Source of the DNA: Batkoa obscura
Taxonomy: Eukaryota
Direction of reading: 5' to 3'
Length of the DNA stretch: 36,135 nucleotides
NCBI GenBank assembly: GCA_030770535.1
Contig: JASVEC010000020.1
Coordinates: forward strand, 868,001-904,135
Position numbers and translations under genes: made by a program. Shown one piece after another: positions 12,563 to 24,728 of this stretch. Each line of letters begins with the position of its first letter. Position 1 is the stretch's first letter. The notes below the pieces were generated by a model that had not been told where the DNA came from, did not search any database, and saw only the letters and a list, made by a program, of their open reading frames with translations.

Positions 12563-14597
12563 TTTTAAATTATATCCCGGCTTTGAAATTATTGTGATAT
12601 TTATACATGTCGAAGCATTAATTTTAAAATTCTTATATCCATGGAATTTGCTATATTAAGTAATTTAGCTTAAAATTTTTAAACAACTGTTTCATTTCTA
12701 AGCCTCTATTTGAAATTAAGAACAAAAAATAAGAGCTTTAAAATACAATATAAAAATGGATCATGGCTATCAAGTAGAATAGTAAGAACTGCATTTCTAA
12801 GGCGGTTTTAATTAACTAAAAGTAATAAAAAGGGATACAAATATAACAAATAGCCGTCACTTTTTAAAATAAACATAATAGCGTAACCTATATCTCAAAT
12901 TTTATTTTATATAAGATATAGCCAAAGTTTTGATATAATAAATGAAAGAACAAATTTGACAAATCTGTTTGATTGGAATTTTGAACATACTATAATAAGT
13001 TATGATACCATTTTAATACCTGTGTTATTGAATTCTTTATTTCAAGAAGTGATCTAGAGTTTGATAAGCAAATTTAAAAAATAATCAATTCACAAACTCA
13101 AATTTTAATATTATAAACCTTAAATTTTAAAACAAGATAATTAAAAGCATCTAATTTTAAATAAGCTTATTAAGATAAAAATTGAACTCGATTTTTTTTG
13201 AAAAACGTCTTAAAAAAATAAGAATATAAAGGAGCAAAAGATATACAAGAAACCCAATTTACGCTACCAAAAGGATCTGAGATTAGTTATGCTAAACTAT
13301 GAATTCCTTTTTATCATGTTCATTTAAATTCTTTAAATATGTTTCTCCGAGTATTTTTAATCTATAATAGCTAAATATTTAAAGTATATATTCAAATAAG
13401 CGTGGGTTACAATTTAGCCAATTTAAAATAAATGATCCCACTACTCTACAAAGCTTTACATATTGATATTGTATATCATTTATTGGCACCATTATATTAA
13501 TATTGGTAATAGTATCACTATTTTTTAATGCAAGTTTTGACTTGAATAATTCAAGCAGAATATGGGTTAATATAAATCCAAGGGTCAATTTTTGTCCGGT
13601 TTTGCTTCCTTCGAAATTTATAAGTTGAGCGTAAATACTATGAAAAGACGATGAAAATACTACAAAAATACTAGTCGTTTCGGAGGTTTCTTTGTTTTTT
13701 TAGCCAAACCCGAGTGTAAAAGTATAAAATCACAGCAACAAAGCATCCTTACCATAAAATTGTTTTTATTTTTAACCAAAGGAAAGCTTGGTGTTGTAGC
13801 CAATAACACTCATTTATTTTTCTGGTAAGACAAACAAAAACTTGAACAACCTAATAGTTTATTTTTTAATTTGAAGCTACATATCAAAATGTTTTTTACT
13901 CTGGTATTTAGCTAATATTTTTTGAAAACTTGCGCTACATAAAAATTGATAAAATGAAATAAAAAATATTGTCTATTAATTTTGTTAAATTAAGTCTACT
14001 CAAACTGGAGAATTTCGCATAGCTTTTTAACTTTACTGATAGGAGTTTTTCCAGGCCTACTAGAGCACTCTCTAAAATCATTGATGGACTTTTAGGATAG
14101 TTCTTGGTTTTAGACTGATACAGCTTATGCCAAAAAGTGAACCGTGTTGAGTCTCTAAATATTTGAAAGTATCTCTTTGGAGCTTACTTTTGACGAGAAA
14201 CCAAATTTATTTAATTAAGCTAAAAATGATTCAAAAAGTAAGACTATCTTTAGAAAGATAAGGGATAAAAACTAAAAAGTAAGCTAATAATTTCAGAAAT
14301 ATCTCAACTGTATTTTTCTGGTAACTTATGTATTATTAAGAGTAAAATTATACTTCATTTGTATTGTATGATTTATGGATTTAACTTTACAAATCAAGCA
14401 AAATTTATTATTAGCATTAGTGAAAAAAAATTGTATATGACTCTATTTTTATTTAGTCATAATGCATTGTCAGTTCTATAATAGTTATTTTAACTTGAAC
14501 TCTATTTTAGAAAACAATAAAAAAATTGTAATAAAAGCAATTCAGTTTATATTACATTAGTTATAGAATAACACTAATAACTTTATAAGACCTTAGT

Positions 14598-15751
14598 TTA
14601 TAATTTATTGTCAAATTTTGCACATTGATCACTATTATTAAATCTAGGTAAATTTAATAAATCATATTGTTGCAGCATTTTACTACAATTTTAAGTATCT
14701 TTTTTATACAATAATAAATAAACCTTACTTTGGTATAAATCTACCCCCTAAATAATGATGTTTGCCTTTAAAATATTTAGCGCATTGTTTAGGCGCTGTT
14801 AAAGATATTAACATTTCTGGTTGGTATAGCTTCTTTTTTTGTTCATCGTTTGTTTTGATATATTCCTCTAACAAATTAAAATGTGTCTTATTGTTTCTAT
14901 TTGCTTTTACCTTCATCAACTGGCCAGCCGGATGGTACATCAACTTTAAATTAACTTAAGTAAATTAAATAAAACTTTAATGATATGAATACCTGCGGCA
15001 ACAGGTAAATTCGTATTATTAAATAACTTCAAATTGTTAAACTAATGACTAATAATAACCAATAACTATAGTATTACATCTACAACTTCATTAAATGGGT
15101 CTTTAATTATTCCAGTATACTTAAAACTAAAACCTAAAAACATTTTAATTTGTAGTTTATAAATCTAAATTGATTAATACCAAATATACAATCTATTATA
15201 ACAGAATAGTTTATTTCCTTTAATTTAGTGAACTCTTCATAAATTGGTATTTCCAATTGATTTAGTTGTGTTACAAGTCCCTTTTTAACACAAATATATA
15301 AACTTATAATAAAAATCTAAAATAAAACTTACCAAAAATATTTCCTTTTCATTTTTTTTTGGATAGTAAACAACTGGATTATACCCCATGTGTTTTAAAT
15401 GTCTTGAAGCAACGAGACCTAATTTATTTGAATAAGCTTGTATGAAATCTCATTTATTTTTACCATCTCCTCCATTGTTTCCTGGGCCACAACAAATTAA
15501 TAGGGTACTATATTTCTCTTTATTGTACTCTTTTGAGATGCTTTGTGCAACACTCAATCCAGCTTATATTTCTTTTAAGTCTAGCTTATTATTTAATATA
15601 TTTTAATAGTACCTAATTCCATTAGCTGATAAATAGAAAATCCCCCACTGGACATGAGTTCCACATCAATCTGCTGCGCTACTTTTTGACTTAGAAACTA
15701 ATAATTTTAATACCTCTTTTATAACTAGTGAATTTTTACTTTGATGCTCAT
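14598..15751 (-). CDS. NNR1: NAD(P)H-hydrate epimerase (YjeF_N; NAXE/Nnr1 type), 10 exons, ~242 aa
   Basis: Exons 15751-15740, 15697-15613, 15562-15464, 15418-15333, 15280-15181, 15133-15078, 15026-14993, 14943-14911, 14867-14729, 14682-14598 splice in frame; motifs [56 protein letters not shown]. Confidence 0.95.
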
Positions 15752-16287
15752 AATTATAACGATTATAAATTATAGTAAACACAAAAAAATAATTTTTCAC
15801 TTTAATCATTTCCACGTCATCATAAATAAAAACTGCAATTAGTAAGTATTTTTAAAAATATTTGCATCATTTTGTTCATTCTTTTTCTCACTTTCATTGG
15901 CTCTAAATTTCCCTCAATAATTTTCGTAAATATTAACATAAAAACAGTAATTTAACTCCTTGTATATCAATAGATCTTCATAATATATATTTGTAACGAT
16001 CATAGTCATTATCCTTGAATGTGTTTTTTATACTTTCATAAATTTTTAATATAATAGCAGCTAAATAGACACAAGTGTTTCTTTTAATATTAAACAGTGA
16101 TTGATGTTAAACTACTAATTATAGTAAATAGTGTTTTACTTTTAATTTCGAAAATAACAACTTCTTTAAAATAATCATTTTGTTTTATTAAACTATTCTG
16201 TTATAGTGAAACGAATGAGCGGAATAAATTAAAGTTAAAATATTTAAGAAACCCAAAATTAATTTTTTTATTTACTGTATTAAAAAA

Positions 16288-16899
16288 ATGAAAGTGGTAT
16301 ACTTCTGTTATTTTATAGCACTGATATCAAGTAGATTATTATGGGAACAATCTGATATCGAAGGCAATTATTACATAAGTGATAATAAATTAAATGGGCT
16401 ATATTTTGGAAAACACGAAGAGTTTATGAACATAGATACTTCCAAGAACACTATTTATTTAGGGCATTGGTATAGATTAGATTTCAATAATTTATTAGTT
16501 GGTTCTAAATATGAGAAGGATCATTCCATTCCATTTAATTTTACAAATAAGGACAGCATCAAATATAACAACATTCCTTACCAGCGTGATAATCAACCTA
16601 GTAATATCATCCTCCTATTTTCTATGCTAGGCTATCACAATTATAAAATAGCAGCTAACAATACAGGGGATAGTAATATAGCAAAATTAAACTTTATGGA
16701 AAACACATTGACTATCTTCTTTAATAATAGTATGCCCCCTTTGAACGGAGCTTGGAATGTTATTTCATTTAATAGCACAATAATTAACGGAATCTTAGTT
16801 AATGAAAAAGACAGTAACTTAAAATATCAATTTCAAATTCAATATAAAGATATGAGTCACATTCTTTTTAATAATTTTTTATTCGACAAAGCAAATTAA
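16288..16899 (+). CDS. Hypothetical secreted protein, 203 aa
   Basis: Signal-peptide-like N-terminus MKVVYFCYFIALISS; Asn-rich with several NxS/T sequons; no family recognised. Confidence 0.7.
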   Translation: MKVVYFCYFIALISSRLLWEQSDIEGNYYISDNKLNGLYFGKHEEFMNIDTSKNTIYLGHWYRLDFNNLLVGSKYEKDHSIPFNFTNKDSIKYNNIPYQRDNQPSNIILLFSMLGYHNYKIAANNTGDSNIAKLNFMENTLTIFFNNSMPPLNGAWNVISFNSTIINGILVNEKDSNLKYQFQIQYKDMSHILFNNFLFDKAN

Positions 16900-17185
16900 A
16901 AGTGTAAACATTAAACATATATTTGTTACATATTTATTCATTTATATTAATAAACTATTATCCTTAATATATATCGTATCTCAACCTTTATGTTACCCTT
17001 CAATAATATCTTATCTTGATTTATCTTCTATTTTTAAATTCTTTCTAATAACTCTTTATGGATTATCATTATTAGATAATTCTATACATAATAATAATAA
17101 ATCAAAGTAGCATGCATCCCTTACAATAGCTTGAAATAAAAATTATATTTTATATATATAAAAATAACTATTGAAAATTTCCACC

Positions 17186-17346
17186 ACTTTTTCCCAACTT
17201 CCCATTTTACCAGAACTCCAAAACTGTTCCTTAAATTTTACTAAGATCTCTCAAAAAGCATACTATAACATAAGCACATTTAAATGTAAAATGCTATTTA
17301 TTTCATTTTAGCTACTTTTCCCAAATTCCCATTTTACCAAAACTCT
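17186..17346. repeat. Imperfect ~33-bp direct repeat pair
   Basis: ACTTTTTCCCAACTTCCCATTTTACCAGAACTC at 17186 vs ACTTTTCCCAAATTCCCATTTTACCAAAACTC at 17314. Confidence 0.75.
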
Positions 17347-18508
17347 AAGCTTTTTTGTGTTTCCCAAAAAAATCCTAAGTCTTTACCCTTAATTTTTATT
17401 TATTAAAAGATCCGCTTTCTTATTAACCTGTTCTATTTTAAATTTTATAAAAAATGTCACTTACTTGAATAAAATTAGTTAATATATTACTATATTTAAG
17501 CAAATTAACCTTGTTTACTACCACTAATATTTAAGGTACTTTGGGTACTTCAATTAATTGGGGTATTGTAATCTTTACTTTTGCATTTTAATGTGTATTA
17601 AATTTGAGTGCATCTTAGTTGTGATTTATTATTTTGGGGTACATATTTTTTTATTACCATTTATTTTGAATTTATATATAAAATATATTTGGCATTAAAT
17701 ATAAAATAGGAACTAATTAAGGGATAATTCTTAATATCTTAAGCCGTTCTAATGAGCCATATAGCTATTCTCAAAAACATTTATTTACTTTATAAAAGCG
17801 ATTCTAAAAACAGCATCAGTATATAGTATATTATTGTTCATAAAATTATTTGACAGTTTAAAAAATAAAATAAACTTAGGGATAATTTATACCATAAATT
17901 ACTGCGAATTCTCTAAAAACGACACCATAAATTTATACGACTTTTTATGGTAAATTCTAGAAAAAAGTTGTCAATTTTATTTGGCTCTATTTTATTAAAT
18001 GAGAAGACAAGTATAGAATTGATAGTTTGTAACTTCATCTAAAAAATAATTTCTCTTTAAGTATGACAGTCCTCTTCAATCCTTATTTATCAATTATTAT
18101 AGTGGAACATAACTATTGGGAGAAGTATTGTATTGTTTTTTCTGACCCCGGTTTTATACCCCTTTATACTTTCACAATAAATAATTCGAGGGGTTTCATT
18201 TAATTAAAATCCTTTCACTTTGTTTAACCACCTTTGTTAATAACCTGAATTAAAAACTTTGTTAACTTTAAACAAAAAGAATAATTTAATTAAAATGTAT
18301 ACTTACTGCTTTTCGATCTTTATACTAAAGTAACCACTTTTTGTTTATGTCTAGATAATTCCATAACATACGTTTATCCATCTAGTTGCTTTGATACAAT
18401 ACTGTTGTTGCTTTTAAATACAATAATTTTTATTTCATAATAATCAAAAACGATGATTTTAAAATAAAAGTATATTCTTTATCCCTTGAACTCAGCAATG
18501 AATTAAAC

Positions 18509-18599
18509 GGGGATATCTTTTTTGTTAAGAGTCCTACTGCAAATTTCCACTGAATAGCGTTTAAAAATAGAAAAATGAATGAAACCTAAAAACATCCCT
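18509..18599 (+). mobile_element. MITE family A, copy 3 (degenerate)
   Basis: GGGGATATCTTTTTTG...AATAGCGTTTAAAAATAGAAAAA...AAAAACATCCCT; TSD not preserved. Confidence 0.8.
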
Positions 18600-19932
18600 A
18601 AGTTGTTACATAAATAGAAGATTATAATCTGATGTAAAAATATTTCTGAAAATAGTTACTACATTTGCTTAGAGAAATCTAGGCTAATCTTTTATTATTT
18701 CACTGAACACTAACTATCAGGATAGAACCATCATACTAATAAACCTTATTTAAAGAGTTATTTTTAATTTGCATGACCAATAATAATACGGAAACACAAC
18801 CATCGTGTTGAAAGAATCCTATCTTTATGACTTTTTAAACTTGAAATTGCTCTTGGCACTGTTCTTGAAGCAAAATATGACCTTAGTTACTAGCTTTTAT
18901 TAAATTTTATTAAATAAAGTTGCAATTAACTTCAAAATGACAAAACACATTATTATTTTAACTCTATTTTCAACTTAAAACTACTTTTGTTATTAATTAA
19001 AATTCAATATACTATCATAGTGGTGTTACTATATTACTTATTCGTTTTATAATATATTGACTAAATACAAATTTAATAGATTAGGTTGTTTATCAATTAT
19101 ACTTTTAATAGTATAGTTCAATTTATTAAAGTACAATTTCATAACCAAATTTATTTCTTAATTTTAGTATGAGAATTTTAATTTTTATGTTCTAAAGAAA
19201 CGTTTAATGTTGTTGCTACGAAAGTTGATGATTTATATCTATTCAAATCATCTAGTTAACTATATCAAGTATAGTCTCTCATTTTTTAAATAACATAAAT
19301 AACTTTAATATTTATAGTTAAAAAAATTACTTACCACTTAAATGAAATGGAATGTTTTCATTATTTTGATGAAACTTTTTAATGTTTTAAGATTAAATCA
19401 TAATCTGATAGTTTGACAAATATATAACTAATCAAACGATGATTTATTCATTTAAAAAGACAGCCAATGAAAATAGTTCCTAATAGAAGCCTTTTGAAAC
19501 AGACCAATCAATGCCAATCTTGGATATTGTTTATTTTTTTCAAATATGATGAAAAGAGGGGAAGGAAATTTATGAAGTCGAAAATATAACTTATTTTTTT
19601 GGCTAAAAGTGAATAACTTTGGTGGAGAAACTAGCAAAAAAGGAAATATCACTGCTAACACAACAGATCTAATAGTAATTAATGAATTGCTAATTCAGTG
19701 GGAAGGATGATTAACGATGACAACAGTTTAGCAATGAATTTAAGCAAAGTAAATAATTTGTTAGAATCATAGCTTTAATCATAATACGCGATAAAAAAGA
19801 ATCCAAAAAGTATAAATAGGATGGTTAAAGCACAAATCTAAAAAATATTTTGTAATTTATAACCATATTTAAAGTTCAAAAAAATTTAATAGACTATTTA
19901 ATAACTCAATAATATACACTATAACTAATAAA

Positions 19933-20754
19933 ATGCTACAAAACTCAACTTATACTAATCTCGAGTCATCGCTTCCTCTTAGTTTCAATTCAACTAGAAA
20001 AATAACCATGAGCTTCAATGTTTCTCAAAGTACTCTTGCTAAGGGACATTTCAATTTTACTTCTAATCAAGCAATTGACTTGCCAAGCTGCGGGAGTACA
20101 ACAAAAGATAAACTCTCTTTGAGGTTTGCTCCACTTGGTAGCTCAAACTACGTCCTTTCTAATTCCAAAGGGATTAATCTTGCTTCTATAAGGCATCGTA
20201 TAAAACAATCAAATGGCTTGAGTACCTTTCAAGCTGACTTATCAAACTCATGCAATGTACCATGGACCTTTAAAGGAATTGCTATAGAATCAGATGAAAC
20301 TGGCTTACATTTGCCACGTTTGAAAGTTATCAATAGTCATGATGTTACTAACTATTACCGATGGACTGTAAACAGCTCAACCCTGGAAGACCACTTAAGT
20401 TTAGTAAACTTGAATCAACCTAAAGAATTGATAGCGTCCTATCCATTGCCCTCAAGGTCAAGCCAAAGAACATCCGAACTTAACTTTTTTGAAGGCTCTT
20501 CTGATTTAACACACGAAATGTTATTATTGTTTATACTATTTTTATCTGTTACATTGAGTACAAGTTCAGATCCAGATATAAATCCTGGTACACCTTCCTC
20601 TACTCCACCTGGCTCAAATTATAACTCATGTAAAAGCTCTAGCTCAAGCAGATCGAACTCTACTAAATCTATTAAAAGCGTTAATTCGCCTAATATCCCA
20701 GCTTTGGTTACAAGGAAAAGCTCAGAAGTTTTAATTGGAGACCATCTCTGGTGA
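19933..20754 (+). CDS. Hypothetical 273-aa protein, probable Tubby-C/LURP1/DUF6593-like fold with Ser/Pro-rich tail (paralog D)
   Basis: NLASIR, YYRW, LSLV..PKELIASY, ELNF, MLLLFILFLSV helix, then low-complexity tail; TATAAATA at 19811. Confidence 0.65.
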   Translation: MLQNSTYTNLESSLPLSFNSTRKITMSFNVSQSTLAKGHFNFTSNQAIDLPSCGSTTKDKLSLRFAPLGSSNYVLSNSKGINLASIRHRIKQSNGLSTFQADLSNSCNVPWTFKGIAIESDETGLHLPRLKVINSHDVTNYYRWTVNSSTLEDHLSLVNLNQPKELIASYPLPSRSSQRTSELNFFEGSSDLTHEMLLLFILFLSVTLSTSSDPDINPGTPSSTPPGSNYNSCKSSSSSRSNSTKSIKSVNSPNIPALVTRKSSEVLIGDHLW

Positions 20755-22305
20755 TGTGTATTACTAATTTTACTTATTATTTTCAGCTTAAAATCAGTAT
20801 CATTATTATAATAAAAAGTTTTATTTATGGCATAATTTTAAACATTTTGATTCATAATTTTAAACAGTTTTTAGTAGTATACAAATGCAATTCTAAAATA
20901 TTTAATTACTCCAGTCATTTGGTCATTCGATATTGTTTGTATCTTAATATATTAAGTTCTTCATTAAATATATTAATAGTAGTTGATATCATACTTGATT
21001 CTTTAAATTGATGAGCATGAAATCATTAAATGAAGTTGAGAGATTCTGTAGAAAGTACGAGGATGTGTTTTAAGGTTATGAAATCAGAATGTTAATACTC
21101 AAAACTCAAAACTCAAATTTTTAAAATTTATTGGGCTAAAAAGTACTAATTAAAAAATCAATTAAATTATCAATTGTATATTTTAATGATGTAAACTAAT
21201 AATATCATATACTAGTAGTACAAAAAACAAGTTAACTTATTACATGTAATGAATATTGTGTATTTAACCCAATATCGATTCTACAACTTAAATATATATG
21301 AAAATTTCATTTTTTAATCATAACCCATTGATTTCATCTAATAATATTAATTATACAACCTTTATTCGTTAACTTTACTAGTTAAATTTAATTTATTTAA
21401 TAATACTCTAACCATTTATTATTTTATCTTTTAATGAAACCTAATATATTAATATAATGTGTTCTGCTTATTATGAACTATGATTAATTTAATGGCAACA
21501 TTAATTGTTTGTCAATTTCATATAAGATTGAAATGCAGACAGCTATTTTTATAAACAAAGCTTGAGCTTAATTCAAAGTTTGAGCATGCAACTTTCTATA
21601 TTAAGTTGCTATTATTGAAGGATAAATTTAAAAATAAACAGCCGGTTTAAGAAACAACATTATTCCTTTAAAGCCTAAAGTTTGCCAATAGCTTAATATT
21701 GTAATTATCGAATATGTAACGTAATGGGGCTTTAATAACTCCGCTACTGAGTTTTGAACGAATGAATCAATTGTAATTAGGTTATTTACTCTACTAATTA
21801 TCCATAAACTGTTACATAACATTTATAATGTTATTCGTTTGTGGTAAATTTTCTCAGACTGGCTTAACTTCTACTTTGTCAAATTGATAGTTAAGGTTGA
21901 TCCGCTATTTCTGCTACTGTTTAAATTTAATTTTTAAAGTTAAAGCAAAATATTATTGGTTTAAAAATAGCAACTAAGCTTTGAAACTCAATATTTGGAA
22001 AGTGGCATAAAAAAGACATAGTTTCAAAAGTTTAATTTATTATCAAGCTTCTTATGTTTCATAATAGTTTTTACGTCATGTAGGTAATAGTTATGTATTT
22101 ATCCTATTTGAATAGAGATAAAGCTCTATTTAGTTTACTTTAATCTGTTTTTTATTGTGTTTAATCAAAGAATATTGTCAATAAAGTAAATAAAATAAAT
22201 TTTGATTTTGGGCAGAGTTTAAGGATAGCCCAATATAAATTAAAAATGTGATTAAGCGGAGAACTATAATAATATCAGAAAACAAATTAGTTTTCATTTA
22301 TTAAA

Positions 22306-23387
22306 ATGTTAGAAAGATACATACTACCCTTAATATTAATTTTTTCAATCTTTTTAGAAGTAAGAGCACTAAATGTGGAATGTGTTGAATGCTTACCACA
22401 GCTTAGTTTAGATAATTTACAATATTTACAAGGATTATCCATACCATCTCGATTAAAACCAAATGGTAAACTACTGAAACCATTTTTACGCAAAAGAGTT
22501 AGTGGAACGGAGAACAATACAATAGTAAGAGACTTTATTTATTCTGAGTTGGAATCTTTAGATTGGAAAGTGGAACTAGATTCATTTGAATCAGATACAC
22601 CTTATGGTAAAAAAAAATTCAGTAATGTAGTCGCAATAAAGAACCCCACTGCTAGAAAGTCATTGGTATTCGCAGCTCATTTTGATTCTAAATACTTTTC
22701 GCCACCAAATGACAATTTTGTTGCTGCTACTGATTCGGCTGTCTCTTGTGCTTTACTATTAGATATTGCTTATTCTTTAAATAATTTATTGGAAACCAAT
22801 ATGGGAAATGTTACCCTTAAATTGATATTTTTTGATGGAGAAGAAGCATTTAAAGAATGGAGTTCAGAAGATTCTATTTATGGAGCAAGGTATTTGTTAT
22901 TTTTTTAAAAAGAAAAAATTAATATTTTAGACATTTAGCAGATAAGTTACATACAACATCATTGTTGAATCGTATTAGAACAGCTAATCTCGGAGAAAAT
23001 GAGATTGATTCAATAGAGCTATTTGTATTATTAGATTTATTAGGGTCTGAAGGCACACCTTTAATATCAATTAATAAAGAATCTGTTCACTTTTTTAATA
23101 AATTAATCCAACTAGAATCTAAACTATTCCAATACAAATTAAAACCAAATTCATTAAGACAGAGACAGTTTTTAAATTATCAATTTGATTATAAAATCGA
23201 TGACGATCATAGACCTTTCCAAGAAAAAGGTGTCTCTATATTACATTTAATTCCTGTTCCATTTCCAAAGTTTTGGCATACCTTAGGAGATAATGAATCG
23301 GTTGTTTCATCTAAAATAGTGAATCATTTAGCACTATTGTTTAGAGCTTTTATCGCAGAGTATCTCTGTCTCTTTAATAAAGAATAA
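22306..23387 (+). CDS. Glutaminyl-peptide cyclotransferase (peptidase M28 fold), 2 exons, ~346 aa
   Basis: Exons 22306-22889 and 22931-23387 (41-bp GT-AG intron); hydrophobic N-terminus; AAHFDSK, ATDSA, FFDGEEA, GARHLA, LLDLLG, DDHRPF, WHT motifs. Confidence 0.93.
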
Positions 23388-23456
23388 AGTATTAATTTTG
23401 AATAGTTAAAAATAGCTAGCATACTTATTTTTGTTTTTATTTCACTAAAATAAAAA

Positions 23457-23912
23457 TTATCCATTTAAATCTACTTTAAATGAAGTATTTGAGGAAATTT
23501 CTTCAACCTCTTTTAACTTGGCCAACTTTACAATCGCTTTACTTTCAGCTTCCAATGCAATAGAGTTGGAAATAAAGTATTGTCTGTAGTTTGATATTGT
23601 GCCTTCAGCTTTTAAGGAATTTAATACTTTAATTATACCTTCGACACTTTTTTTATTATGATCTTGTAATTGGTGGATATAAGCTTCTTGATCTTGACTA
23701 GCTTTAGCGTGTACCTCTTCATCAGTAGGACTTAATTGTATCATTATAGGAATCATCTGTGGCATTTTACGTGAATTGGATTGTTCCATCATTTCTCTTA
23801 CTTTAGGATTTATCTTTGAACTATAGTCGTTCATTTTAAATGGTTTAGGAAAAGAGCAGTTAACAATACAAAACAATAATGAAATGTATATTACAAATAT
23901 TATTCTTTTCAT
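23457..23912 (-). CDS. Secreted stand-alone subtilisin propeptide / inhibitor I9-like protein
   Basis: Signal peptide; IMIQL strand; YRQYFISNSIALEA..AIVKLAKLKEVEEISSN resembles S8 protease prodomains; stop follows with no catalytic domain. Confidence 0.7.
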   Translation of the reverse strand: MKRIIFVIYISLLFCIVNCSFPKPFKMNDYSSKINPKVREMMEQSNSRKMPQMIPIMIQLSPTDEEVHAKASQDQEAYIHQLQDHNKKSVEGIIKVLNSLKAEGTISNYRQYFISNSIALEAESKAIVKLAKLKEVEEISSNTSFKVDLNG

Positions 23913-24359
23913 TTTATTTAATAAAAATACTTTTCAGTATTTTGTTTTAAAGTTTGGCTTTTGTTACTCTACTAAACATGTTTATCACTTGATTATAAAT
24001 AATTGGGCATGTTTTTTGTTCAAAATTTCCGAGGGGTTTCCAGCTCATTTTGTAATTAATTCGTTTGGACTTTGTCGTTTTAAACTTTGAGGATTTTGCT
24101 CTCTACTTAACAAACTTTCATTGTATTTTGGTATTTAACTAATTGACTAAAAATAAAAATCAGAGTTATAATAAATTAAAAAGAACATAAAATTAATCTT
24201 TGGATACTAAAATAAAAAAACTATTAAAGTCAGGATTTCAAAGCATTATTGTAAAAGCTAATAGTTTGTTTGTTAAATAATATTAGACATTTTATTATTA
24301 TTTATCTCACTTAATATTTTTACATGCTTTTTTTGTTCTATTTTACCAATTTAATACTT

Positions 24360-24458
24360 GGGGATGTTTTTTTTGACTTCATTACTTTTTCCATTTTTTA
24401 AGCGCTATTTGAGTGGGGAAGCTATTAATAAAATTCGTAAACACAAAAATACATCCTC
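24360..24458 (-). mobile_element. MITE family A, copy 4
   Basis: GGGGATGTTTTTTTTGAC...CACAAAAATACATCCTC; flanks ACTT/ATTT (1 mismatch). Confidence 0.9.
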
Positions 24459-24476
24459 ATTTATTAATTAGCATAT

Positions 24477-24570
24477 AGGGGTGTTTTTTTTGGCTTCATT
24501 ATTTTTCCATTTTTTAAGCGCTATTGAGTGGAAAAATTATTAGCAAAGTTCGTAAACACAATATATCCCC
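24477..24570 (-). mobile_element. MITE family A, copy 5 (TSD ATAT)
   Basis: ATAT-AGGGGTGTTTTTTT...ATATATCCCC-ATAT. Confidence 0.9.
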
Positions 24571-24574
24571 ATAT

Positions 24575-24670
24575 GGAGTGTTTTTGATTCTGTCTTTTTT
24601 TTTCGCTTTTTAAGTACAAGTTGAGAGGAAAAACTATTAGTAAAATTATCAGATAAAGATATATACCCAC
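24575..24670 (-). mobile_element. MITE family A, copy 6 (degenerate, abuts copy 5)
   Basis: GGAGTGTTTTTGATTC...GAGAGGAAAAACTATTAGTAAAATT...ATATACCCAC; separated from copy 5 by a single ATAT. Confidence 0.7.
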
Positions 24671-24728
24671 ATTAAGTTTTTTGTTGCAATTTTTTTTAAT
24701 AACTTTAATTTAAGTATTTCTAACATCT

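Noticed and set aside
14725..14959. 72-aa (-) and 65-aa (+) ORFs
   Set aside because: The first is largely exon 9 of the epimerase; the second is its antisense shadow
6531..15751. Tpt1 plus NAD(P)HX epimerase as an NAD-linked gene cluster
   Set aside because: They are 7 kb apart, in different pathways and separated by unrelated genes; no evidence beyond coincidence
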